The position numbers and the translations under genes were made by a program. This document shows, piece by piece, positions 24,145-36,609 of a stretch of 49,265 bases of DNA. Numbering within the stretch: the first letter of the stretch is position 1; each line of letters starts with the position of its first letter. The notes below the pieces were generated by a model. The model did no database searches, had not been told where the DNA came from, and saw only the letters and a list, made by a program, of their open reading frames with translations. Origin of the DNA: Chiloscyllium plagiosum (taxonomy: Eukaryota). Location: NCBI RefSeq assembly GCF_004010195.1, contig NC_057756.1, positions 5,952,811 to 6,002,075 of the forward strand. The letters are read 5' to 3'.

Positions 24145-25074
24145 GTAAGAACACCTTTTAATTTCGAATGCATGTGAGCGAAAGATTAATTGGGATGGAG
24201 GCTCATTTTGTACCTTTAAAACAAAAAGCAAAGAAAATTATAGCACAGGAACAGGGCCCTTCGGCCCTCCAAGCCTGTGCTGATCCAGATCCTCTATCTA
24301 AACATGTCACCTATTTTCAAAGGATCTGTATCCCTCTGCTCCCTGCCCATTAATGTATCTTTCTAGATACATCTTTAATGATGCTATGGTGCCCGCCTCT
24401 ACCACCTCCGCTGGCAATGTGTTCCAGGCACCCACCACCCCTTTCCGCACATATCTCCCTGAAACTTTTCCCCTCTCACCTTGACCTGGGGATTCCTAGA
24501 AATTGAGTCCCTCACTCTGAGGAAACCCTTCTAGCTATCCATCATGTCTAAACCTCTCATGACTTTGGAGATTCACTGAGTAAGTCCCATCCTGGTTTGT
24601 CTGACAATGCAACACCTCATATTTATCTATCTGCCATTCCTTGGCCCACTGGCCCAAGTTCCCATTGTACTCTTCGATAACCTTCTTCTCTGCCCGCTAT
24701 ATCACCCAGAACATTGTTCAATGATAAATATTTCCCAAAGAACTGAAATTAATTATTGCATTTGGCCAACTGTCTATTTGTTGTATGGGATGACCTATTT
24801 TAGCAGGAACTGCTTAGAAATCTATAAAATTTCAGTTGTGGCCCATTCTTTATGAGTCAGTTTGATCTTTGTGCATCTTTCAATCTCATTTCCACGATTG
24901 TGTGGGATTTTCCGCTGTTTGGAGACTCATAATAGTCTATAGGCCAGAAAATGGCCCTTCAGCCCATCAAGTCTGCACCTATCAAGAGCAACCACCTCAC
25001 TATCCTGTAGTCTCACTATCCCAGGAGTTGGCCCCATAGCCTTGTCTGCTTTAGCATCACACAAGCACATCTGC

Positions 25075-25535
25075 TTCTGACGTTCAATGTTGTTACCATC
25101 ACTGAGCCCCCACTATCGAGATTCTGGGGGTTACCTTTGAGAGAATCGAGCCATAACCTGTTAACATTTACTGGCAGTACCATCCCTGAATCACCACCTC
25201 CACCCCTCCCCCCACTCCCTGCCTCACTATCAACATTCTGAGGGTTACAACTGGGAAAGAATCTCACCATTGCCCCTTTACACTCAACTGTGTTACCATG
25301 ACTGAATTGCCTACTATTAGTACCCTGGGAGTTACCATCGAGAGAGAATCTAAACTTCGTGCCCTTGACATTCAATAGCATTATCATTTCTGAATCCCCC
25401 ACTGTCAAATTCTTGGGAGTTATCATTGAGAGAGAATCTAACCATCATCCCCTTGGTGCTCAATGCTGTCACCATCTTAGAATCCCCCCCAATAGCAACA
25501 TCCTTGGGATTACCTTTGAGAGAGAATCTAAACAC
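25075..25535 (+). repeat. About 5 degenerate tandem copies of an ~85-bp LINE-RT-derived unit
   Basis: Repeating ttcaat...accatc.ctgaatcccccact.tcaa..t..tggg.gttacc.ttgagagagaatcta. Confidence 0.7.
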
Positions 25536-26054
25536 TCAATGTGATGAGGATTTCTGCCTCTCCCACCCTTACAGGTAATGAGTTCCGGATTCCCCACCAC
25601 CCTCTGGTTGGAGAAGGCTTTCCTCACATCCCCTCTAATCCCCCGATCCCTTACCTTTAATCTATTCCACTTCTCCCCAGCCTTTAACATTGTTGCCTCT
25701 ATCAAGGGAGCAAGGTTTCTTCCTGACCACCCTATCATTACCCCCTCAACATTTTATACACCTTAACGAGGCAGCGTCTGCTATTTGTTCAGGTAATGTT
25801 CATTTTCAGTGAATTTTGTTAGGCTTCCCACCTGAGGTGACGTGACATATCGTTGCGAAGAATAATGGTGAGTTAGACATTTTTGCCATCATGGGTCTTA
25901 AGGACCAAAAAGGAATTTTACTGACATCTCATCAGAGACTGAACCAGTCCGTTTCATAACTCTCTTATACTTGTTTCTCTGATACACCCTAAGTGCTTGA
26001 CCAACTCCATTCCAATTCCAGCTTTCCTTTTGTCTCTGGTTAAACCCAATTCTC

Positions 26055-27165
26055 ACCTGGATGTAGGTTTGCTCACTGAGCTGAAAGGTTTGTTCTCAGA
26101 CATTTAATCACCATACTAGGTAACATCATCAGTGAGACTCCAGTGAAGCGCTGGTGGTGTGTCCCGCTTTCTATTTATGTGTTAGGTTTCTTTGCGTTGA
26201 TTATGTCATTTCCTGTGGTGATGCCACTTCCTGTTCTTTTTCTCAGAGTATGGTAGATAGGGTCTGAATCGATGTGTTTATTGATAGAGTTCCTGTTGGA
26301 ATGCCATTCTTCAAGGAATTCTCGTGTGTGTCTCTGTTTGGCTTGTCCTAGGATGGATGTGTTGTCCCAGTATAGGGTTCCCAGCAGAAGCAGGAATACA
26401 GAGATGAGAAAAAAACAGCTCTCTCAACCATCCAACCCAAACTTTGGGTCCTATGTGGTCAACATCTTTTTCACCAAGAAACAAAACAAATTAGAGGAAA
26501 CCTACAACACTATCAATAATGCCCTTACTGGCATAAAATTCACTAAAAAACAACAAACTGCCATTCCTAGATGTCACAGTAGAGCGAACAGCCAATGGGG
26601 AACTTCAAACCAGCGACTACAGGAAAACAACACATACAGACCAAATACGTAACTACAGAAGCAGTCATCCTAACCCCCACAAACATGCAGTAGGACATTA
26701 TTGCAACAAGCCATCACACAGTGCAGCACCAAGGCACTATGAAGAGCAGAATAGAAATACCTATATAGCGTATTCAAGAAGGACAGGTACCCAATAAACA
26801 CAGTCCACTGATGCCTCAGCAACAAACCCAAACAGCAGACTCAACATGCCCAGGAACCCTCGCCACTCTCCCCTACATCAAAGATATCTCTGAAATGACT
26901 TCTAGACTACTCAGACCCCTTGGCATCATGGCAGCTCACAAATCTACCAACACACTAAAACAGTGGCTAATGAACTTAAAAGACCCTATACAAACAACAA
27001 ATGAAATGAATGTCATTTTACAAAATACTTTGCAAGAACTGTAACAAACACTACATCAGACAAACAAGCAGAAAACTAGCCACCAGGGTGCACGAACACC
27101 AACTAGCCACCAAAAGACATGACCCACTATTATTAGTTTCCTTGCATACAGATGAGGAAGGACAT
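26055..27165 (+). mobile_element. Penelope-like element (RT C-terminus / GIY-YIG linker remnants) with an inverted terminal segment at 26055-26370
   Basis: ATLPYIKDISEMTSRLLRPLGI..AHK.TNTLKQ; inverted end carries a degenerate CTGATGA hammerhead-like motif. Confidence 0.75.
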
Positions 27166-27169
27166 CTCC

Positions 27170-27925
27170 TGTGATCTTCCATACCCCAAATCTGTTCAAA
27201 TCTGTCCAAATCTCCGATTTGATCAGTCTAAACCTGTCCAAATCTCGGACCCGAGCCACCAAATTGTTATGACACAGAGGTGAACGCCTCTGTTAATTAA
27301 ATCAAACACCCAGAAAAGCTCATTTCGCCTCATAATCTATTCAAGGATGAGTGACAGAGAACCCCCAAACTCCACTATTTAAAGAAAATTACATCATTTA
27401 TTTTTGAACTCCACCAGTGAACATTAAACGACTGTTCGTTTAAACTGCTTATAATCTGCCTCCAACTCTATAACAAATGCTGTTCCAAATAAACACTTAT
27501 TAAAAATACATCAACTTAATTTCAAAATCACACAGCCGCTGTCGACTTTTGTGTCTTTCTTCTTCTGGCTGAGGATCTCCCTAGGTCATCTCCTTTCCTT
27601 TTACTTCAAATACATTTCATATGAAAAGGTAGCTTTGATAGAGAGTGTTCCTAGTTTCTTGGACAGCAAGAGATGAGGTCTCTATGCATTTCCGTCTCAT
27701 CAGCAATTGCTCTCTGACCAATTAACTGATTGGTTAAATTCAAATTGTCGTCAAAACAGCAACCAAAACTCAGGTATCCATTTCACAGCTGAATGTTACA
27801 TATTTTCAATTTTACAGTCCACTCCTTGACTGCCATCTAGTCATGTGCACAGGTGCTTGTAATCTCTCAGTTCAAAACTGCAATTTCTCTCTTAAAAGTA
27901 AGTTCACACCTTCAATTTCACAACA
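27170..27925 (-). mobile_element. LTR (27265-27925) with adjacent primer-binding site and internal stub, Gypsy/ERV-type
   Basis: Termini tgttatga...tcacaaca; minus strand of 27242-27261 reads TGGTGGCTCGGGTCCGAGAT, resembling the tRNA-Pro PBS TGGGGGCTCGTCCGGGAT. Confidence 0.7.
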
Positions 27926-28446
27926 CAAGCACGCCTCTAAATCCTTCTTCAATGTGATGAAAGTTTCTGCCCCTCCCACCTCCACAGGCAGAGAGTTCTA
28001 GATTCCCCACTACCCTCTTTCCTCACATCTTCCTCAAAACCTCCTGCTCCTTACCTTCGCTCTGTGCCCCTTCCCTGGGGTCATTGATCCCTACATCAAG
28101 GGGTAAGGTTTCTTCCTGTCTCCCCTATCTATGCTCCCTCCTCATTTTATGTATCACAATCATGTCCCCCCTCTCTCTCAATCTCCTTTGCTCGGAGAAA
28201 AACAACCCCAGTCTGTCCAATCTCTCCCCGTCACTGAAACACTCCAGACCCCATGGTAACTTCCTGGTAAATCTCCCTCTGCACCCTCACCCAGTGCTAT
28301 CCCTTCCCTCCTAGAATATGGATTCCTGAACTGCACAGACTACTCTCACTGTGTGGCCGAACCAATGTTTTAGACAGTTCCATCATCGTGCCCCTGCTCT
28401 TAAACTCTCAGGTAATAAAGTCAAGTATTCCGCCATAAACCTTGTT

Positions 28447-29900
28447 AGAGTCATAGAGTCACAGAGATGTACAGTATGGAAACAGACTCTTTGGTCCAAC
28501 CTGTCCATGCCGACCAGGTAGCCCAACCCAATCTAGTCCCACCTGCCAGCACCTGGCCCATATCCCTCCAAACCCTTCCTATTCATATACCCATCCAAAT
28601 GACTCTTAAATGTTGTAATTGTACCAGTCTCCACCACTTCCTCTGGCAGCTCATTCCATACACACACCACCCTCTGTGTGAAAATGTTGCCCCATAGGTC
28701 TCTTTTATATCTTTCCCTCTCTCCCTAAACCTATGCCCTCTAGTTCTGNNNNNNNNNNNNNNNNNNNNNNNNNNNNNNNNNNNNNNNNNNNNNNNNNNNN
28801 NNNNNNNNNNNNNNNNNNNNNNNNNNNNNNNNNNNNNNNNNNNNNNNNNNNNNNNNNNNNNNNNNNNNNNNNNNNNNNNNNNNNNNNNNNNNNNNNNNNN
28901 NNNNNNNNNNNNNNNNNNNNNNNNNNNNNNNNNNNNNNNNNNNNNNNNNNNNNNNNNNNNNNNNNNNNNNNNNNNNNNNNNNNNNNNNNNNNNNNNNNNN
29001 NNNNNNNNNNNNNNNNNNNNNNNNNNNNNNNNNNNNNNNNNNNNNNNNNNNNNNNNNNNNNNNNNNNNNNNNNNNNNNNNNNNNNNNNNNNNNNNNNNNN
29101 NNNNNNNNNNNNNNNNNNNNNNNNNNNNNNNNNNNNNNNNNNNNNNNNNNNNNNNNNNNNNNNNNNNNNNNNNNNNNNNNNNNNNNCACTGGTCACAGGC
29201 CTCCAGTCTGAAAAACAACCCTCTACCACCACCCTCTGTCTTCTCCTTTGAGCCAGTTCTGTATCCAAATGGCTAGTTCTCCCTGTATTCCATGAGATCT
29301 AACCTTGATAATCAGTCTCCCATGGGGAACCTTGTCGAATGCCTTACTGAAGTCCATATAGATCACATCTACTGCTCTGCCCTCATCAATCCTCTTTGTT
29401 ACTTCTTCAAATAATTCAATCAAGTTTGTGAGACATGATTTCCCACACACAAAGCCATGTTGACTATCCCGAATCAGTCCTTGCCTTTTACATGTACATG
29501 TACAGTCCTTGCCAAATACATGTACATCCTGTTCCTCAGGATTCCCTCCAACAACTTGCCCACCACTGAGGTCAGGCTCACTGGTCTAAAGTACCCTGGC
29601 TTGTCCTTACCATCCTTCTTAAACAGTGATACCATGTTAGCCAACCTCCAGTCTTCCGGCACCTCACCTGTGACTATAAATGATACAAATATCTCAGCAA
29701 GCGGCCCAGCAATCACTTCTCTAGCTTCCCACAGAGTTCTCGGGTACACCTGATCAGGTCCTGGGGATTTATTCATCTTTATGCGTTTCAAGACATCCAT
29801 CACTTCCTTCTCTGTAATATGGACAGTCTGCAAGGTGTCACCATTTCGCTACTTTCTATATCTTCCATATCCTTTTGTACAGTAAATACTGATGCGATTA
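28447..29900 (-). mobile_element. Young CR1, RT-containing, spanning gap 28749-29186
   Basis: KSPGPDQVYPR...RPVSLTSVVGKLLE...DVIYMDFSKAFDKVPH. Confidence 0.92.
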
Positions 29901-30163
29901 ACCACTTTTTCCACCTGTATACCTTAATGTGTAACTAATCTCTCTGTCCCTCAGTGCTTCCCAGGGTCCTAGTGTCCATCATCTTTACCTTTGCCTTGTT
30001 TCTCCTGCCCAAGTCCATCACACCACAATGCAAGATTTCTGCAGGAAGCAAGCTGAGGGTAAAACCACGGGGGAGACAAAGATTTTGGATCTGTTCACTA
30101 CACCCAGTGGTAGAAGCCCCTTTGGAGGATGATTGATTGTCTGTGACCTCTTGTGCCCTTCAG

Positions 30164-30478
30164 AAACTGTCCGAATGCGTTTGGCTGATGGTGGAGGACC
30201 GTGCTCCGGCAGAGTGGAACTCCTTATCAACGGCACTTGGGGCGCAGTTTGTGACGATGACTGGGACCTGCTCGATGCAAACGTTGCCTGCAAGCAGATG
30301 GCATGTGGGGCAGCCAGACTGGCCCCTCATGGGGCCCATTTCGGAGCCACTGCTGCCCCCTTTTGGCTGGATGATGTTGAGTGCAGAGGCACTGAGTCTA
30401 ACCTAATCCAGTGCCCTGCAAACACTTTGGGAAAACACAACTGTGGCTCTGGCGAGGCAGCGTCTGTCATCTGCACAG
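30164..30478 (+). CDS. SRCR domain exon 1 (group B, 8 Cys)
   Basis: ccttcag|...cacag|gtaagg, 315 bp; RL.DG..PCSGRVE...WGAVCDDDWD...FWLDDVEC.G.ES.L.QC...HNC...VIC. Confidence 0.95.
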
Positions 30479-30584
30479 GTAAGGTCACTTTGAATGCAAA
30501 CTGTAACTCCTGGGGTGTCACAGGGTTCACTTCCCGGACCTCAACTATTTACAATTTAGATAAACAATCTTCAAGTCGGGACAG

Positions 30585-31650
30585 GGTGTAACGTAGCAAC
30601 ATTCACGGTTGATACTAAAATACGTGGGATCGCAGGCTGTGATGTGGAGATAAAGAGTTTACAGATGGATATTGTTCGGCTGGGCAAATGGGTCAGAGTC
30701 TGGCAGATTAAATTTAATGTGGATAAATGTGAGGTTGGCCAGAAAAATAAAAGAGCACCTTGTTATTGAAATGGGAAGCAGATCAAACACAGAGGGATCA
30801 GGGTGCCCTTGTTAATGCGTCGCAGATAGTGGGTATGCAGGGACAGCAAATAATAAAGGCGAATGGGAATCTGGCATTCAATGCAAAATTCAATGGATTA
30901 TAGAAGTAAAAACAATGTAGTTACAGTTTTATAAGGTGTTGCTGACACGACATTTGGAATATTGTGTCCAGTTTTGGTCTCCTTATTTGAAGAAGGATAT
31001 GGTGGCACTGGAGGCAGTTCAGAGGAGGGCCATAGGTTGATTCCAGGGGTGACAGGGCTGTCGTACTATAAGCTTGGGCTTATAGTCACTGAACTTCAGA
31101 GAATGAGGGGGGATCTGATTGAGGTGCCACATATAAAATGCTAAAGTGGATTGATAAGGTGGATGTTGAACAGATGTTCCCCTGTGTGGAACGGTCTTGA
31201 AGAAAAAGTCATAGGCACAGAGGGAGAGGAGGTAAGCTCAAAACTGAGATGAAGAGAAACTATTTCTCTCAGAAAACTGTGAATCTGTGGAGCTCACTGC
31301 CCCTGAGTGCAATGGAGGCAGAATCCACCGACAGATTTAAAAAAGAAATAGATACATTTCCAATGCAAGGCAAGACAAAAGGCTATGAGGAGGAGGCAAG
31401 GAAGTGATGTTGAAACCTGAGGTTGACCCATGCTGAATGTCGACTCCTCTTGCCAACTCCCCTTGCCCTTCTGATGCTGCTTGACCTGCTCTGCTTTTTC
31501 CAGCTCCACATTTTATCGACTCTGACTTTTCAACATCTTCATTCCTCATTATCTCCATGAAACCAGGATTAGATCAGCCATGATCATGTTAAATGGCTGA
31601 GTGGATTTGGAGGGCTGAATTGCCTACTCCCGCTCCTAATTCCTAAGCTC
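30585..31650 (+). mobile_element. Degenerate CR1 (RT end to 3' UTR)
   Basis: Remnants of [16 protein letters not shown] and RGDLIE motifs. Confidence 0.7.
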
Positions 31651-32008
31651 CCACGAATGCTTCCCTACTGGGAAGTCAAACAGAAGGACCTTTCATGTGG
31701 ATTTTAATTTTACAATAAAAAAACAAAGTTTCTTTGAAATGCTGCGCCATTAAAATGATACAGCGTTGAAGGGGTTGTGTTGTCCATGCTGATACAAGGA
31801 CACCCTTTCTAATCCCATTTCCCTGTATACCATCCATAGCCCTGCAGCTTATAGTACATATGGTGTGCATCCAGATACTTTTAAAAGAGTTTAAGGTCAA
31901 TGCCTCCATGACCAACTCAGGCAGTGAATGCCAGACACACATCACTCTCTGCATAAAGGATGTTTCTCCCCAGGTTCCTTCTGTTACTTAGGTTGAATTA
32001 ATTTTTTT

Positions 32009-32314
32009 TAGATTAGATTACAGTGTGGAAACAGGCCCTTCGGCCCAACAAGTCCACTCCGACCCGCCGAAGCGCAACCCATCCATACCCCTACATTTAC
32101 CCCTTACCTAACACTACGGGCAATTTAGCATGGCCAATTCACCTGACCTGCACATCTTTGGACTGTGGGAGGAAACCGGAGCACCTGGAGGAAACCCACG
32201 CAGACACGGGGAGAACGTGCAAGCTCCACACAGTCAGTCGCCTGAGGCGGGAATTGAACCCGGGTCTCAGGCGCTGTGAGGCAGCAGTGCTAACCACTGT
32301 GCCACCGTGCCGCC
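32009..32314 (-). mobile_element. HE1/V-SINE, full length
   Basis: Reverse complement of the SINE consensus. Confidence 0.92.
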
Positions 32315-32411
32315 CACCTCCATCCACCAAGGATTTTGATCTCTCCGCCAAGGGAAACAGGTTCCTCCTCTCTACTCTATCTCTATCGCCCTGCACAATT
32401 TTGTATACTGC

Positions 32412-33457
32412 AGTAACAAAGAGGATTGCTGAGGGCAGAGCGGTGGATGTGATCTATATGGACTTCAGTAAGGTGTTCGACAAGGTTCCCCATGGGAGAT
32501 AGATTAGCAAAGTTAGATCTCATTGTTTACAGGGAGAACTAGCCATTTGGATACAGAACTGGCTCAAAGGTAGAAGACATAGGGTGGTGGTGGAGGGTTG
32601 TTTTTCAGACTGGAGGCCTGTGACCAATGGAGTGCCACAAAGATTGGTGCTGGGTCCACTACTTTTTGTCATTTACATAAATGATTTGGATGCAAACATA
32701 AGAGGTACAGTTAGTAAGTTTGCAGATGACNNNNNNNNNNNNNNNNNNNNNNNNNNNNNNNNNNNNNNNNNNNNNNNNNNNNNNNNNNNNNNNNNNNNNN
32801 NNNNNNNNNNNNNNNNNNNNNNNNNNNNNNNNNNNNNNNNNNNNNNNNNNNNNNNNNNNNNNNNNNNNNNNNNNNNNNNNNNNNNNNNNNNNNNNNNNNN
32901 NNNNNNNNNNNNNNNNNNNNNNNNNNNNNNNNNNNNNNNNNNNNNNNNNNNNNNNNNNNNNNNNNNNNNNNNNNNNNNNNNNNNNNNNNNNNNNNNNNNN
33001 NNNNNNNNNNNNNNNNNNNNNNNNNNNNNNNNNNNNNNNNNNNNNNNNNNNNNNNNNNNNNNNNNNNNNNNNNNNNNNNNNNNNNNNNNNNNNNNNNNNN
33101 NNNNNNNNNNNNNNNNNNNNNNNNNNTAGACAAAGTCTTTTCCCTGGGGTTGGGGAGTCCAGAACTAGAGGGCATAGGTTTAGGGTGAGAGGGGAAAGAT
33201 ATAAAAGAGACCTAAAGGGCAACTTTTTCACGCAGAGGGTGGTACGTGTATGGAATGAGCTGCCAGAAGATGTGGTGGAGGCTGGTACAATTGCAACATT
33301 TAAGAGGCATTTGGATGGGTATATGAGTAGGAAGGATTTGGAGGAATATGGGCCAGTTGCTGGCAGGTGGAACTAGATTGGGTTGGGATATCTGGTCGGC
33401 ATGGACGTTTTGGACTGAAGGGTCTGTTTCCATGCTGTACATCTCTATGACTCTATG
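32412..33457 (+). mobile_element. Young CR1 spanning gap 32731-33126
   Basis: DVIYMDFSKVFDKVPH...GVPQ..VLGPLLF...SKFADD; 3' tail ctctatgactctatga. Confidence 0.92.
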
Positions 33458-33674
33458 AATCTATGCCCAGCCTTAGAGGCTGGGGGGTGACTTTATAGAG
33501 ATTTATGAAATAATGGGGGGCAGAGATAAGATGAATCGTCAAAGTCTTTCCTCCACACATTTTGAGCCCACTGACCCTTCTTCAAGACTGATGCCTGTTA
33601 GGAAAAGATGGTACATGTGCTGATGACAGGGTAGGTGGAGGGGAAAGGGGTGAGCAGATAGGTGGGGACAGAGG

Positions 33675-33676
<2 letters not shown>

Positions 33677-33710
<34 letters not shown>
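33677..33710. repeat. (GA)n microsatellite
   Basis: Direct reading. Confidence 0.95.
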
Positions 33711-33715
<5 letters not shown>

Positions 33716-34279
33716 AAGTTAGACGACAGAGTGATAGTTGATAGTAAGTCCAGGGAAGAGGAAAAGCTGGTAATAGGGACAATGAGTAGGTGAGAATGTG
33801 CTGTAAGCAACTGATGTTGTGACAGGGTCTGGGCTGTGAGGGTTTGGTAAGGCACATGGAAGCAGGTGTTTCAGGCTGTGAAATGATTGAACTCAATATT
33901 GAATCCTGAAGTCTGCAGGGTACCCTAGTGGGAGATGAGAAGCTGTTCTGTGAACTTCACTGGAGAATTGGAGCAAGACGCTGAAGGGTGTTGGGGGGGG
34001 GGATTGCAGTGGAGCATGTTTCAGTTTTATTTTAATTGGTCCCAGCTCCTTTCTCACACAGCTTCACATTTTCTGCGATCTTGATATCGTGTGCAAGTGG
34101 AACGAGCTGGGCAGCTCTTTCGAGTGCTGGCAGAGACACGATGGGTCGCATGGGTTCCTTTTGTAAAATTCGGTGATTCTACACTGCGTGGAGCAAAACG
34201 GATGCTCAGCATTATTGCAAGTGAGGGTTTTATCTGAGCAACTAACACATCAGTGGGAATTTGTCAAAACCGATCAAAG

Positions 34280-34922
34280 TGTGTCTGGACCAGAACAAAC
34301 CCCCTCAGAATATATTAAGAAGATAGTCTAGCCTCCAAGTTTCTTCTTATTTCGAAGGGAAGTGACAGACATTGTGTTCCAGAAACACTTTGGTTGGTCA
34401 AATTACCAGTCTTGAAGTGGAAGACACTTTATTCATACATGACAGTTAAATTACAACACAACAAAGAAGAAATTGGAATAACTTAACTCTATTGGAAAAC
34501 TTAACAAAATAATTGATTATTCAACTACTGTACAGTAACTGTTCTGATATAGTAACATCCCATAAACACACCCATGGCAAAGGCAAATAAGTTGTCTCAC
34601 AGGCAGCTCCCCAGACCAGGAAAAAAAACATCAAGAGAAAACTCTCAGAGAGAGAGAGTAGCAGGGAGAAATGTACTGCAATTTCCAAACCCACTTTCAA
34701 AGTCCTAGTAACTGCCACTGAAAACTAAAACCAAAAACCTTGTTTCTAAGGAGCTTCACCCCACCCAGTTAGGATGCTTCTATTGTTCCAAATTTTTTAA
34801 AAATCCCAAGGTCTCACAAGCTGTTTACCTTCTTGGTTCTCAGTCAACTGATCTACTCTCTCAACCTTTCTTCATAAAAAAAAGGACAAAAATACATCTC
34901 TTAAAGCTATAGTATCGACACG
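34280..34922 (-). mobile_element. Solo LTR
   Basis: Termini tgtgtc...gacacg; AAAG target duplication at 34276-34279 and 34923-34926; ends resemble the reverse complement of the LTR at 42426-43098. Confidence 0.7.
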
Positions 34923-34956
34923 AAAGTGACCCTGTATTTACTTTTCTCTCCCACAG

Positions 34957-35267
34957 AACAATTCCAGGTCAGAATTGTGGATGGAGACAATAAGTGTTCG
35001 GGGAGAGTGGAAGTCTTTTACAAAGCAACATGGGGCACAGTCTGCGATGATGGGATCTAAGTGATGCTCAGGTTGTCTGCACCGAGTTGAGTTGTGGGTT
35101 CGCCCACGAGGCGCCCAGAAGTGCCAAATTTGGGGAAGGCCTATCATCGATTTGGCTGGATTCTGTCCAATGCAATGGGTCTGAATCAAACCTCTGGCAG
35201 TGCCAGTCAAGCGCCCTGGGTCAGCATGACTGCCAACACAGCGAGGATGCATCTGTAATCTGCTCCA
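34957..35267 (+). pseudogene. SRCR domain exon 2, frameshifted
   Basis: ccacag|...tcca|gtaagt, 311 bp versus 315 bp for the other SRCR exons. Reads [32 protein letters not shown] then G-I-TAA (35058-35060); the rest of the domain ([10 protein letters not shown]...[10 protein letters not shown]) is in another frame. Confidence 0.9.
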
Positions 35268-36609
35268 GTAAGTATTCCAGCCATTTCCCTGCGGGATCAG
35301 TATTTCCTACGGGAAAGGGCATTGATCAGTTTGTTTTATTTATTATTGTCACATGTACCAAGATGCAGTGAAAAGCATTATACTGTGTGCTATTCAGATT
35401 AATTTTATTTTGTGTTTATTCACTCACGGGATAATAATGCTGAGCATCCCTTTTGCTCTGGCCAGCCCAGCATTTATTGCCCATGCCTAATTGCCCAGAG
35501 GGCAGTTAATAGTCAACCGCATTGGTGTGGGTCTGGAGTCATATGGAGGCTAGACCAGGTAAGGACAGCGGTTTCCGTCCCTAAAGGACATTAATGAACC
35601 AGGTGGGGTTTTCCCCCACAATCGACAATGGATTCATGGTCATCATTTCGACTCTTAATTCCAGATTTTCTTTAAAAAACTGAATGCATGCTCCATCATC
35701 TACCATGGCAGGATCTGAATCCAGGTCCCCAGAACATCTCTAGCATGATAGTGCGGTGATATTACCATTAGGCTACTGCCTCACCCCATCATATATTATA
35801 TAAGTACATCAGAATAATGGAAAAGGATATTACAGCTACAGTGAAGTTGCAGAGAAAGATCAACTGTAAAATATGAGAGGTTTGATCAATTATCTGATAA
35901 CATCGGAGAAGAAGCTAATCTTGAATCTGAAGGGCTGTGTTCTGAAGCTTTTGTATTTTCTGCCTGATAGAAGAGAGTGGAGGAGAGTATAACTGGGTGG
36001 GAGGGGTCTGTGGTTATGTTGGCTGCTTTCCTGAGGCTGCGGGAAGGGTAGTCACAGTCAATGGACGGAAGGCTGGTTTCCATCATGGACTGGGCTGTGT
36101 TCACAACACTTTGTAATCTCTCACAGTTAAATTCAATGATTTTTAAGAAAATCTGGAATTAAGAGTCTAACGGATGTGATTGCACTGGAGGGGAATGCAG
36201 AGGAGATTCACCACGATGTTGCCTGGGAAGGAGCAGTTCAGTGATGAAGAGAGGTTGGATAAACGCAAGCTGTTTTATTTTGGAATGGAGAAGGTTGAGG
36301 GGGTGAACCTGATAGAGGTGTGTAAGATTATGAGGGGCATGGACAAGGGGCGGTGGGGGTGGGGGGAGTAGGAAGCAACTGTTCCCCTTAGTCGAAGGGT
36401 CAATAACAAAGGGGACATCATTTTAAAATGAATGTACTCTCTGGGATGAGTACTTGAAGTGTCATAACATGGAAGGCTATGGGCCTGTTGCTGGGAAAGT
36501 GGATGAGCGTAGATTTGGTGGGAAAGACTCAATGGGCTGAAGGGCCTCTCTGCACAGTACAATCCATGATTCTATTTATTGCAGCTTTGTCAGGTACAGA
36601 CCTGATAGT

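Noticed and set aside
25925..25960. Minus-strand GAAAC...CTGATGA hammerhead-like arrangement
   Set aside because: Stems I-III cannot be formed convincingly.
28583..33376. Long X-containing ORFs as intact reverse transcriptases
   Set aside because: They span assembly gaps; the flanking CR1 pieces are truncated and contain stops or frameshifts.
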